In this document: positions 25,191 to 39,747 of the stretch, piece by piece | Layout: every line of letters starts with the position of its first letter | How positions within the stretch are numbered: position 1 is the first letter of the stretch | NCBI GenBank assembly: GCA_951406725.2 | Contig: OX597824.1 | Location: forward strand, 4,278,001-4,342,000 | Source of the DNA: Octopus vulgaris | Taxonomy: Eukaryota | Reading direction: 5' to 3' | DNA length: 64,000 bases | Translations under genes and position numbers: made by a program | Notes under the pieces: model-generated | What the model was told of the DNA's origin: nothing | The model's database searches: none | What the model saw: only the letters and a program-made list of their open reading frames with translations

Positions 25191-25742
25191 TGTTTTTCTA
25201 CTATAGCTTCATAAACGGTATGGTGTTGACCACTCTGATGTAAAATAAACAATTGTATTTGAAAGAAGTCAAAACATTTTATCATAATGACTACAAAGTT
25301 AATGATTGAAATACTAACGAAGCAAACTAGAGAATGAGAATATCAATTAATAAAAACATCACTTTTCCGCGTCCATATCTAATTGTCGTCTATGACGATT
25401 GGGCATGTGTGCAACAGATTGCTTTTTGTAAACTTATTCCTGCTTGTGTGCAATAATCACCGTCCTGTTTGATATTTATATAATGCTAACTGCCACAACC
25501 AACGGAGGTAACATTGCACATTTGGCTAATTACAGTAATATAACAACCTGAAAGTATATGCATGTAGTATGTGTGTGTGTATGTGTATATATATACACAC
25601 ACACACACACACATGCATATACATGTGTGTGTGCATGCAATGTATGTGTTATATATATGTGTATTTATATATATTATATATATATATATATACACACATA
25701 TATATATATATTTTATATATCTATATATGTATATATAATATA

Positions 25743-25822
<80 letters not shown>

Positions 25823-25834
25823 TGTATGTATATG

Positions 25835-25886
<52 letters not shown>

Positions 25887-25967
25887 GTGTATACACATAT
25901 ATATATCATATATATTATATATATATATATATATAATATATAATATAATATATATATTTGTATACAC

Positions 25968-26006
<39 letters not shown>

Positions 26007-26020
26007 CATGTGTATACATA

Positions 26021-26085
<65 letters not shown>

Positions 26086-26193
26086 GCATGCATGTATGTA
26101 TGTATGTATATACATATATGAGTGAGTGAATAAATGAAAGAAATAGGCATTCAGTATATTGAGTTGGAGTTACATGTATTATTTAAAAGAGTC

Positions 26194-26372
26194 TGATTCG
26201 GTTCCATGCTACTTCAAGTTTCACAATGGGAGCCCAACTCTTTCAAGTTTCATAGGGCCCTAATGGGAGCCCAACTTTTTCAGGCTCCTGGAATGCTAGC
26301 ATTCTGGAAGCTGGAAGGAGTTGGACTCCCATTAGGGGCTTGTGAAACTTAAAGGAACTTAAAACCAAATCA
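26194..26372. mobile_element. Palindromic MITE-like element
   Basis: Perfect centre GAATGCTAGCATTC (26291-26304). Arms AAGTTTCA..CCCTAATGGGAGCCCAACT / AGTTGGACTCCCATTAGGG..TGAAACTT. Part of the left arm is duplicated. Confidence 0.8.
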
Positions 26373-27074
26373 AATTGTTTTAAATAATATTTACATAAAT
26401 AATGATGATAATAATAATAATAATAATAATAATACACACACACACATATATATGCATATAGGAGTTTTGGAATGGTGAAACTTGAAGCAGATGAAGCAAT
26501 AAGAATAATAGCGTGCTAATAAGGAAAAAATATTCTTTGGACAGAAAAAGTCAAAGGCTGCCAGTGGGATGTCTGCCACACACACACACATTCAATATTA
26601 ACTTTTCAATTCAATTCTTGTTCATTTTTTCTTTCTTTTCTGTTTAAAATGAGGCAGTATTCCAGGAAGAATATTAATTTTTGCCTTTAATAAACCCTAT
26701 ATCAGTCGTTATACTGTGGTCAGTTTAATTGGCTCTACCTTTTCCTCAAGAGATTGGCAGTCCTAGAAAACAGTAAAGGAATTGTCACTGTTATCACATT
26801 ATAATTGTGGAATAGTGTTCCTTATCTTTGTTCAGAGGTAGCTTTAGGGCACACGAATCTGATCTAAGAATAATTTTGTTAGCTTTTGTAGCCATAGCAG
26901 TTATCCTGTAATCATTGCAGGGATAGGAATGGTGTCCTAAGAATTTAAAACCTATCATGCTTCTTTCTTGTTAAAAATGATGAATAGTTTAGAGAGAGAG
27001 AGAGATGAATGAATAGAGAGGCAGAGAGAGATAGACAGGGGTAGACAGAGAGACAAATAGGGAGACAGACAGAC

Positions 27075-27086
27075 AGGTAGATAGCC

Positions 27087-27138
<52 letters not shown>

Positions 27139-27199
27139 CGATAGATAGATAGATAGACAGACAGACTGACAGACAAACAGACCGACAGACAAATAGATG

Positions 27200-27285
<86 letters not shown>

Positions 27286-27345
27286 CCGACAGACAGACAG
27301 ACAGACAGATAGATAGATAGACAGACAGATAAGATAGACAGTCAA
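27075..27345 (+). repeat. (GATA)n/(GACA)n tract
   Basis: Directly visible. Confidence 0.95.
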
Positions 27346-27673
27346 ATATATAAATACAGAGAGATTACATAATTACATAAACATTTCTTCAATGAGAGTT
27401 TTCAGGTGGCACAGATGGGGAAGAAGAAGAAGAAGAAGCAAGCTACACACTTTTACAAATGAATTCTAAGTTGATGTTTGCAATTCCATGTTCCAGTGTT
27501 CCAGTCTTCCAGTGCTACTACTGTTGGCTTCTCATACAAAATTTTATTGAAAGAACTCTAACATGGGGAAGACGCTAAGCAAGCTTCTGGTGAGACCAAA
27601 TTGCAGCCGAAATTCAGTTTCAAATACTGCCCATTTCCCTTCATCACAAATAACCTTGAGAAAGGCATGAACA

Positions 27674-27720
27674 TCACACAGCAGTGATATTCATGTGTCC
27701 TTTACGAATCCAAAGTTTTC
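27674..27720 (-). CDS. Candidate terminal exon (G)[14 protein letters not shown]
   Basis: Acceptor TTTCTTATAAG, non-repetitive island, AATAAA about 125 nt after the stop (27548-27543). No homology recognised. Confidence 0.3.
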
Positions 27721-27777
27721 CTTATAAGAAATCAATATGTAATTTTCTTTGCAGCTCCATGAAATAGTGAAAAGGTA

Positions 27778-27835
<58 letters not shown>

Positions 27836-28456
27836 TGTATGTATGTATGTATGTATGTATGTATGTATGTATGTATGTATGTATGTATGTATGTATGTAT
27901 GTATATGTATATATATATATATATGTATGTATGTATATATATATATATATATATGTATGTGTATGTATGTATATATATATATATGTATGTATGTATATAT
28001 ATATATGTATATATGTGTGTGTGTATGTGTGTGTGTGTGTGTGTATTTATATATATATATATATATGTTTATATATGTATGTGTGTATATATATATTCTA
28101 TATATATTGATAGATATATATATTACATACACATATATATATGCTTATATGTCTGTGTGTATGTATGTACGTATGGATAGATAGATAGATAGATAGATAG
28201 ACACACACACACACACACATACATATATGTTTGTGCCTGTGAGTATACACCCCTTAGTTCAAGAATGGAAAATATATATATATATATACATACAACAGCA
28301 TTAATAACATCCGCATTAAAAGAGTGAAAAACCAACCCAAAATAAAACAATCAACCTAATGAAGATGGTAATTTTGTGATTGTTAGCATACAGTGTAGCC
28401 ATCATGCTTTGTCACACTTTCTTAATGCCTAATGGACTGGGCTATCTTCCATGGCT

Positions 28457-28514
28457 TCACTCCTGAAGTAATGGAAGAGTGTGGAAGGGTGGTGGCGGAG
28501 GCAGAAAGGGGTGG
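28457..28514 (-). CDS. Candidate alternative terminal exon HPFLPPPPPFHTLPLLQE*
   Basis: Acceptor TTGTTTCATGCTTCACCACAG at the edge of a GC-richer island; frame uncertain. Confidence 0.25.
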
Positions 28515-28758
28515 CTGTGGTGAAGCATGAAACAACAAGAACAACAACAGCAGCAACAACAGCGGAAGAAGCAATAAGAGAACACAACAAATATAATAGA
28601 AAGGAAGAACAACATCAACATCATCAGCAACAACAGCAGCAGCAGGTCCATCACTTTGAAATGGTCCTGCTATGATAAACAACAGTTTTTAGCATTATTG
28701 ATGAATGTGAGTGAGTGTAAAGAAAAGGAGAGCCAAAGTAGAATCTGCTGAGAGAAAC

Positions 28759-28793
28759 CTGAAGGTGTTACAGCAGGCGGAATGGGCAGATGA
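28759..28793 (-). CDS. Candidate 35 nt exon HLPIPPAVTPS(G)
   Basis: AAACAG acceptor and weak CAG|GTTTCT donor; exit phase fits 27720. Confidence 0.25.
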
Positions 28794-28988
28794 CTGTTTG
28801 TTTCATGTGTATTTGTCTCGACGTGTGTGTGTGTGTGTGTGTGTAATGTTATATACATATCGATCTATCTATCTATCTATCTATCTATATATATATATAT
28901 AAATATATATATACACACACATATATATACATATATGTATGCATATATATATATACATACACACACACATATATACATATATGTATAC

Positions 28989-29061
<73 letters not shown>

Positions 29062-29066
29062 TATAC

Positions 29067-29118
<52 letters not shown>

Positions 29119-29170
29119 ACATACACACACACACACAAACATACATATATGTATACATATATATACATGC

Positions 29171-29220
<50 letters not shown>

Positions 29221-29585
29221 GTATGCACACACAAATATGCACACGTACATGTGCATGCATACATAAAAACCAAACATACAAGCACACACACACACACACA
29301 CACATATATACACATATTACCACTTAGTCAGAGAGGAAATGGTAGCATCCATGACCCTTATTCTTTTTAGGGCTTCCAAAATGGGAGGGAAGAAGGGATG
29401 AAGTTATCCTTAAACTGAAAACCTGACCCAAATGCTTTCAACAAAGTGAACTCTGTTAAAGGGATCTATCTATCCATCTATATACACACACACACACATA
29501 CACACATATATATACATACATATACACACATATACACATACCCATACATATACATACATATATACACACACATATACATACATGC

Positions 29586-29617
<32 letters not shown>

Positions 29618-29685
29618 ACTTAAATCACACATTCATACATACATGCCTACATATATATATATATACAAGTAAAAGATAAAAACTA

Positions 29686-29737
<52 letters not shown>

Positions 29738-29805
29738 TGTGTATGTATGTACATACAAATCTCTATATCTCTGTCTCACATTATACATATATTTGTATAA
29801 CTATG

Positions 29806-29874
<69 letters not shown>

Positions 29875-30005
29875 CAGGTACAGATACAGACACACTGTCC
29901 TGTGAATGAACAACAGAGGGAGTACATAGATTATGTACACACAAATAATGTTTCTCTCTAAATAAACAGATCTCATTTACTTACTGATAAAACGAATGCA
30001 CACAC

Positions 30006-30054
<49 letters not shown>

Positions 30055-31502
30055 CATTCACAATATTTTTTTTTTTTTTGCACTCAAAGAATCATTTACA
30101 AACATATAGTAATTAACATGACAAGCAGAAAATGTGCAACGGCAAATACACGCATCGTTATAAGTGCAGAGATCTCTCTCTCTCTCACATATGGAAAATA
30201 AGATGAATTAAGAAATGCATCTGTTGGAAATTAAACAATGTTTATTCTCCAAAGATAGTTTTTCATTGAAGACATTAGTAGAACTGTTTTGTGTTTCTCT
30301 TGTGTTCTTCCTATTGTTATTAGTTGTTCTTACTATTGTCGTTGACAATATATATTCTTATTATTCTATTCTCTCCAATGTTACATTGCTTCTGTATAAA
30401 CTAACAGAGATATATTTTGTGTTATATTGAGTATGTTTGTGTGTGTGTGTGTGCACACAAGCATGCACATGTATGTGCTTATGCATGCGTATTTACAAAG
30501 ATTTCTGTCAGAATATTATTTTTATGTAGTATGTTGAAGAATTTTTTGATGTTTTTGTTATTGTTCAGTTATTTTTTAACTATATTTTTCTTTCTTTTTT
30601 CTCTTGTTTTTTTTTTTAATTATATCTGATTTGGTGCCCCCTGTTCAAATTTCAGGTCTGCCTGCCCAGACTATATTTTATTCATTTATTTATCTATTTA
30701 TTAATTAGTTAATCTATTTATTTTAGTTGAAATTATTAGGCTTTAAATTTACTGGGTTACTACCTGGTGATCAAAACCTAGGGTGAAAGAAGTTTTCATT
30801 TCATATTATTTTGGTCTTAATAAAATATGTACCTGAAATAAACTGGTATTGATTGATTCATATACAGTTTTACTTACTAATTACCTCCTAACCAAATTTT
30901 TAACCTTATACTACCTGAGGAAAATAAAACGAAACAAAAGCCATTCATGCTTAAATATTAATGACGGAAATATGTTTGCTGGTGAAAATTGTCCGATAAA
31001 TTTTAATGTTTTTCCAAATATTAATTTTGAAAAATAGATAATGAGGTGTGACAATTAAAGGTGTCAAGGGAAATGTGAGGGTTAACTATGTATATATATA
31101 TATGTTGAATTGGGAAGAATTTGATATAAATATATAACGCAAATATATTTTTATCAAGGGATGAAAGCAAATTTTCGGAAATTGCTGTGGTGGTTATCAC
31201 AGAAATTAGATATGCATTGGGACTCTATCTAGGATTTGTGTTGCAACAAAAAGTAATTTCATTAGGGATAAACAAAGGGACCTGTTTATTTACTTAGTAG
31301 GAAAACATTAGTAAAAGCTCGTTAGTATCAAAATTGAAAATAAAAGGGAAAGTAACCCGACAGCTTGAAAAATGACAGACTTTACCAAAGTGATGTGTCC
31401 TAGATATACTTATATGAAGTTTCCAGGAGTCCCTTATGATCCTCAATAAATTATGAAACTCTCCTTCAGGTATAAACTCAAACACTACTTTGGTCGACCA
31501 TA

Positions 31503-31555
<53 letters not shown>

Positions 31556-31678
31556 GTGCACGCAATTTAGTGTTTTAAGGAATGAACATGAAGAGGTGGT
31601 ATAGGACCAGGATAAAAAGAATAAAAACATTCAAAAGTAGAACAAAAAACAAAAAAAAAATTTAAATGTCTGACGTAC

Positions 31679-31756
31679 CTTTAATTTTTTCCTACAGGGG
31701 TCAAGAACTTTTCCAATCCTCTTAGGAAACGTGTAAAATATGGTAGTTTAGATCCA
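31679..31756 (-). CDS. Candidate 78 nt cassette exon GSKLPYFTRFLRGLEKFLTPVGKN*
   Basis: Long pyrimidine tract ending CTACCCAG and a strong donor AAG|GTACGT. This is the only frame that stays open almost to the donor. Confidence 0.4.
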
Positions 31757-32055
31757 CTGGGTAGATAAAGATTGTGAAGAGATGAAAGGAGAGAATAGCA
31801 AAAATAAGTATGTAAATAATTAAAGGTGACAAGAAAGGTGAAATAAAAAGAGAGGTTGGTGGGTTGGAGTTTTAAGAGGAACGAAAGTGATTTGGTAAGA
31901 AACAGAAAAAAAGAAGTGGAAATGTGTGTGTGTGTATATATATATATATACACACATATACATATAGGGTCAGGGAAAAACCAATGTTTTATGAATGCAT
32001 ATATATATATATATAAATACATAAATTTATATATATATATATATATGTGCGTTTA

Positions 32056-32110
<55 letters not shown>

Positions 32111-32218
32111 TATAGGGTGGGGGTTATTGCATGTGTAAATGCTTATGTATCAGAAAACAGGTGAGGAAGAGAGAATGTACCGTATTAAAAGGGAGTGTTA
32201 GAGCAAAACAGCTGAGTA

Positions 32219-32336
32219 TTAGACTGTGTAAATACCAGAAATAAAGGAACAAGGAACAAGGTGTGGGTGTAGAAAGAGGTAAGTGCGAAGAGGAAGGCTT
32301 GGAGGAGTGGGTGGCAGATAGCCCACACACTCAGAG
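32219..32336 (-). CDS. Candidate terminal exon SECVGYLPPTPPSLPLRTYLFLHPHLVPCSFISGIYTV*
   Basis: Acceptor TCATCCATCCTCTAG followed by 38 open codons of non-repetitive, proline-rich sequence. Confidence 0.3.
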
Positions 32337-33091
32337 CTAGAGGATGGATGACAACAACAACAACAACAACAACTACTATTACTACTACTACTACTGGAAT
32401 GGTAATCTAAGCAACAACCAGCACCAGAATCATCATCCCTGCCTCTACCTATACTCCTCCCCCTTACAATGATAGTGACCACTAAGATTACAATGAGGGC
32501 AACAACAACAACAACAACAGAGATGACCACGCAAGGACAATTAAAAAGGAAAATAACAGTTTTTTTCCAGTGACACGACTTGCTAAAAAAGGTTACGGAA
32601 AAACAGTAACCTGGATGAAAAAAAAAAATTAAAACACGCAACCTGTAATAATAGGTATGGTCCAGTGCTGGACAAATGGTGCAAACAAGAACAACAACGA
32701 CAAAGTACGGAAATAACTTCAGCAGCAACAACATCAACAACAATAACGACATTTCCAAGAACAAAATTCCCATTTGTTGAAAATCGTGAAGCAAAATAAA
32801 TATCGGGAAGAATAAAAAGCAATATTTACCAAAAATATACAAAACAAAAATTATAAACAACAACAGCAACAGAAACAAGAATAGTGACATCATCATCATC
32901 ATCATCATTATCATCATCATCATCATCACCACAACCATCATCAAGCACATCATTATCAGCAGCAGCGGTAGCAGTAGCAGCAGCAGTAGCATCAACAGAT
33001 AGAGCCAGTAACTCTAGAGATGCTAAAGGAATATTAAAAACAAAATAAAACCAAAAAAAAAAAATACACAGGACACAACTAACAACAAAAA

Positions 33092-33123
<32 letters not shown>

Positions 33124-33757
33124 TCATCATCATTATGGACGACAACAACAAAAACAATCACTACAAATTAAACCATCACCTTCCGAGATACCAAGAAAAA
33201 AAAAATTTCAAAACACCATACAGAGAAACCATACCATCATCATCATCACCATCATCATAACCACTGCCATTCCACCACCACCGCCACCACCACCAACAAC
33301 AACAACAACAAACAGATCCACTACTTTCCGAAATGCCAAGAACCAGAAGAAAAAAAGTAAAAGAAAAAAAAAAAAAAGAAAGAAAGAAAGAAAGAAAGAA
33401 AACAAGAAAATGCAGAATATCACAAACAGCAACAACAAGAGACAGGTAGAAGAAATCACCACCCTCATTCTCTCTCTCTCTCTCTCTTCCCCCCCCCCAA
33501 CCAGCACCCTCAGCCCTCCACCACCACCGCCACCGCCGCCCCAGCCAGCATCTCCTCTGCCAAAGCTACAAAAACCACCACTGACAGGAAACCATGTTGC
33601 TGTAGTACTTGTTGTTAGCGGAGGGGGAAGAAGCTTCCATGAGATCTATGTGGAATTACACTGATTAATATTGAAATTTCATTCATTATCATATCCATTG
33701 CTCTGGCTACTGTCACAAAACAGCATCAGCAGCTTCTCATACAGTCACACACACACA

Positions 33758-33793
<36 letters not shown>

Positions 33794-33949
33794 ATTTCTC
33801 TCTCTCTCTTTCTCTGTCTTTTTTCTTCTCTCTATTTCTCTCTCTCTCAGTCTCTTCCTCTTTCTCTCTATTTCTCTGTCTTTTTCTTTCTCTCTTTCTC
33901 TCTCATTCACACAACTTATCAGATGGAGAGAGCACGGGTGTAAGAAAGG

Positions 33950-34115
33950 GTGAGCAATAGGTGGAGGGTATATGTGAAAGAGAGAGAGAGAGAGTGGAGT
34001 GTCAGTGAGAGAAAGAGAGAAAGAGAGATGAGTAGAAATGAGATGCAGTGAGGTAGAAGAGAGTGAAGAATGACGTATGTCTGGAAATAAGAGAGAGGAA
34101 GAAAGAGTGAAGAAA

Positions 34116-34156
<41 letters not shown>

Positions 34157-34707
34157 TAAGGTGAAATTGGAAGAGATGAAAATATAGAGACAGATAAATA
34201 AAGTACAAGAGAAAGAAAGAGAGGTGGGGGGAGGAATATGATGAACCAAGATGGTCTGAAGTCTGGAAGATTATGGAGAAAGAAGGAAAAAGAGAGAGAG
34301 AGAGAGAGAGAGAGAAGAGGTTAAAAGAAAGCAGAGAGGTTGAGGAAGAAGAAGAAGAAGAAGAAGAAGAAGAAGAAGAAGAAAAATAATACAAGATTCT
34401 GAAGAACCAATATGAGGCAAGTCTGGGAGGGAAAGAGAGAGAGAGAGAGAGAAATTGAAAAAGGCAGAAAAATAAGAGAAAGACTCACAGAAGAATGCAA
34501 GAAAAGGAAGAACTAAGGTGAAGTGCAAGTGAAGAACCAGGATGAGAGAGAGAGGGGGAGAGAGAGAGGGGGAGGGAGAGGGGGGAGAGAGTGGGAGGGA
34601 GAGATAAAAAGATGAATAGAAAAAGAAATTCAGATGAGAAGATAAAGAGAGATAGATGCTGAGGAACAGAGAAGGAGAGAGGGAGAAAGACAGTGAGAAA
34701 TGTATGG

Positions 34708-34756
<49 letters not shown>

Positions 34757-34895
34757 GGGGGTTGGATAAACAGAGGGAAACAAAAACCACATTAAGATAA
34801 ATGGAGATAAATACAGGAGAAATAGATGGAGAGATACATGAATGGGTAGATGGAGAGATAGAGAGACACATAGGAGAGAGGGAGAGAGGAAGAAG

Positions 34896-34926
<31 letters not shown>

Positions 34927-34958
34927 GCAGATAAACAGACAGGTAGATACAAATGTAG

Positions 34959-35038
<80 letters not shown>

Positions 35039-35344
35039 GGATGGATGGATGGATGGATGGATAGATAGATAGAGAGATAGGTACATAGATAGATAGACAG
35101 ACAGATAGATAGATAGAGAGATAGATAGAGAGATGGAGAGATAGATAGATAGATAAACACAGAGAGAGAGAAACAGAGAGACAGATAGAGAGATAGGTAG
35201 ATAGATAGATACATACATAGACAGACAGACAGACACATAGATAGATAGATAGATATGCATAGGTTGAGTAAAAGCAGAGGAATAAACGCTATACTTGAAA
35301 GTAACATCAATAGGAATGGTGAAGGATGAGGAGTGACATGGAAT

Positions 35345-35380
<36 letters not shown>

Positions 35381-35610
35381 GGGAGAGAGGTGGATAAAAA
35401 AAAAAGAGAGAGAGAAATATGTGAAAGGGAGGGAGGAGGTTAGAATGAAGAAACATTTGCAGACAAAAGGAACAGGTAAGTGATACTGCTTTAGAAGGGA
35501 AAGGTAGATGTTGAAGAGATAATAGGAAAATGATGATGGAAGGCGAAGAGAGAGAGATGGAAAGACGGAAGGGAAGCCCAGGGGGAGGGGGGAGAGAGAG
35601 AGAGGAAAAA

Positions 35611-35646
<36 letters not shown>

Positions 35647-36117
35647 TAGGGAGTGAAAAGAAATTTGTAAGAATGGTACAGGAAAGATAGGTGGTGCTTT
35701 TGGAAGAAGAAGAAGAAGAAGAAGAAGAAGAAGAAGAAGAAGAAGAAGAAGAAGAAGAAGAAGAAGAAAGAAGAAGAAAAAGAAGAAGAAGAAGAAGAAG
35801 AAGAAGAAGAAGAAGAAGAAGGAGAAGAAGAAGAAGAAGAAGAAGAAGAATTGGAAGATGAAGAAGAAGAAGAAGAAGAAGAAGAAGAAGAAGAAGAAGA
35901 AGAAGAAGAAGAAGAAGAAGAAGAAGAAGAAGAAGAAGAAGAAGAAGAAGAAGAAGAAGAAGAAGGAGAAGGAGAAGAAGAAGAAGAAGGAGAAGAAGAA
36001 GAAGAACAAGAAGGAGAAGAACAAGAAGAAAAAGGAGAAGAACAAGAAGAAGAACAAGAAGAGGAAGAATGAAAGGTGATTGATAAAGTGGAGAGGGTAG
36101 TAAAACAAGAAATATAT

Positions 36118-36155
<38 letters not shown>

Positions 36156-36276
36156 TGTATTGTTATAAGGCTGAAATTGCAAAAGGAGGAAGCAGAGAAA
36201 ATGTTGAGAGGAAGTGTGAGATGGGGAAGATGACATGTAAAATATGTTTGAGCAAGAGAAAAGGAGATGGCAAAGG

Positions 36277-36371
<95 letters not shown>

Positions 36372-36380
36372 TGAGAGATT
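33950..36380 (+). repeat. Purine-rich (GA)n/(GAA)n/(GATA)n domain including ~370 bp of (GAA)n at 35703-36070
   Basis: Directly visible. Confidence 0.95.
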
Positions 36381-36676
36381 GTTGGTTATGAAAAGAAAAT
36401 TTGCAAAAAAAAAAAACCCAGCAAGATTTGTGTGCATTTGGGGAGTAAGGGTTGGAGGGGAACGTAATGCCGGGGAGAGGATATGGCCATCCACATCAAC
36501 TGGCCAACAGAGAGAACAAACAGGCAAATGCAAAATGTTAATAACAGAATCGGATAGAGAGGATCAATGCACACACTATGATAGACACACACACACACAC
36601 ACATGGGAAAACATAAATACATACATGCATACAGGGACATAACAGCATATATACACACATGTACAAAGATTTACAT

Positions 36677-36719
<43 letters not shown>

Positions 36720-36973
36720 CACACTTGAATGCGCATGCACACATATATTTATGAATATATGTATCTGTATATATCTATATATCTAAATATATACATAGAA
36801 ATGTCTGTGTGTGTGTGTGTACATGTATATGCACACACAAACATGCATACACACATATACACATATTTATGAATATATGTATTTGGGTATAACTATATAT
36901 CTAAATATGTTCATAGAAATGTGTGTGTGTGTGTATATATACACACACATTTATCAATCTATCTACCTTCCTA

Positions 36974-37051
<78 letters not shown>

Positions 37052-37284
37052 TATATATATATATACAAATAAATGTGTGTGTGTATATGTATGTACATAT
37101 GTGCATATGTGTGTGAGAGAGAGAACCTATATGAGAGAGTGTGTATGCAGATATACACCTACACCCACAATACATTCTCTGTTTTACTTTTTCTCATTAC
37201 TATTAATTTAAAAAAATATAATCGGTAACACAGGGTCAGAAAAACCGGATGCATATTTTTAACACCAGATATATATACATATAC

Positions 37285-37335
<51 letters not shown>

Positions 37336-37374
37336 TCCAGCTTCATCAAGGACATCAATCTGATGTGATGCATC

Positions 37375-37545
37375 GACAGAATCATTAGAGCATGGAATTG
37401 GCCTTTATGTTCGGCATTTAAATTCTGTGAGCGCTAAGTTTACCGTTCTTCGTTCTTGGAAAAACAAGATAAAATACCAGTCATGTACTGGAATCGATTC
37501 TTGTAATGCATCCTGGACGGCAATGGAATTATAAAGAAAGGGATT
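37375..37545 (+). mobile_element. Old SINE family D copy
   Basis: ACAGAATCATTAGAGCA..TTTAAATTCTG..GATAAAATACCAGTCA..ACTGGAATCGAT. Confidence 0.5.
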
Positions 37546-37650
37546 ATCACATACATATGAAGAGCTGTGTATCGGTCTAACCTTTATATATATATGTGTG
37601 TGTGTGTGTGTGTAAGAGGGACAGAGTGTGTGTGTGTGTACATTGATGTA

Positions 37651-37684
<34 letters not shown>

Positions 37685-38599
37685 TACATATGTATATACA
37701 TACACACACACACACACACAAACATATATATATATATACACATGCACACACACACACACAAATATACATACACCTTACACACATTCATAGATGTATTTAC
37801 ACACATATGTGGCAGAATGTATTTAGCTGTGTATATTTACATATATACACATGTGCATACGTAAGTGCACACGCACGAGTGTGCCTATAGCATTCTACAC
37901 CGGTTTATAATACGTGTGCATGCAACTCACTCTTACCCACACCATGCCTCGCACTCTCCTAAAATATGTCTGCATGCATGCACATACATATATACGTGTA
38001 CTTAAACATATACATAAGTAGATACGCACGCACACACACTCACACACACACACACACACACACACAAATGTGTTTAAAGAAAAGAACACTTATACTGATA
38101 AGCATACAAATGGGTGGATTATATATTGAATAAGCATGTGTGACAGTTCATCATGATAAATATATATGATACGTACGTTATATATATATACTATTTATAT
38201 ATTATATGTATGTATGTATACTATATATATGTATGTATGTGTGTGTGTGTATATGTACATATGTATGTGTGTGTTTATATTTGTATGTGTGTGCATGTAT
38301 TTTTGTATATATGTATGTACGTATGTGTGTGTGTCTACATATGTATATATGTATATGTGTGTATGTATGTTTGTATGCATGTATGTGTATGTATATATGT
38401 ATGTATGTGTGTTTGTATGTGCCTATGTGTATGCATGTATGTATGTGTGTATGTATGGGTCTGTATGCATGTATGTATGTGTGCATGTATGTATGTGTGT
38501 GTGTGTGTAAGTGTGTGTATATGTATGCATGTATGTGTGTATGTATATGTGTTTATGTATGCATGCATGTATGTATGTGTGTATGCACGTATGTATGCA

Positions 38600-38633
<34 letters not shown>

Positions 38634-38895
38634 TATGTATGTATATATATGTATGCATGCATGTATGTATGGGGGAAAGTGGAGCAAGTCGTGCTTTTAT
38701 TGGTACAAGGTTGGTCAAGAATTGATGACTCTCTGTTGCTTCATGTGAAAACACTCAATGGATCCGAAGAAGTACTCCAGAGAAACAAGTGATGCTGCAA
38801 AGACAATCTCTTCACACAAAAAAGTGGCAGCAGTGATACCTGCTGCAGATTAAATGTGTGAGAATTGCTTTCATCACATCTTTTCAAAAGCAAAG

Positions 38896-38964
<69 letters not shown>

Positions 38965-39098
38965 TTTTACTCACTTCCCTCCTCTCTCTCTTTCTCTCTC
39001 TAGCTCATGCAGAGGTTCTGTTTATTTTCATCTCTTTTGAACTCATTCACTATTATATTATCTCACATTATCTACCTTTTTATCTATCTATCTATCTA

Positions 39099-39229
<131 letters not shown>

Positions 39230-39299
39230 ATATATATATATATATATATCTGTCTATCTATCTATCTATATCTATCTATCTACCTGCCTACCTACCTTT

Positions 39300-39372
<73 letters not shown>

Positions 39373-39709
39373 CATCCATCTATCTATCTATTTAACTATC
39401 TATCTATTTATATCTACCTACCTACCTTTTTTTATCTATCTACCATCCGTCCATTCATCAATCCGTCCGTCTGTCTGTCTATCTACCTTATCTACCAATC
39501 TGTCGTCACTCCCCATATCCCCCATCCACCTATCAGCCCATGTCATTTCTCCAGTCTTTCAGCTATCCATGCTCATCAATTGCCATCTATCCTTATCTCC
39601 ATCCATCTCTTTTCTATCTATCCTGTTATGCATTTCCTTGTCTCTGTCACTATCTATCTATATTCATATTGACTGATCTGTCTGTCTATCTGTTTGTCTC
39701 TCTCTCTCC

Positions 39710-39747
<38 letters not shown>

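Noticed and set aside
35307-36533. 408 aa ORF and the poly-E/poly-K ORFs
   Set aside because: Produced by (GAA)n and (GA)n. Only 36499-36420 (DVDGHILSPALRSPP..) after a strong acceptor is non-repetitive, and it lacks a good donor.
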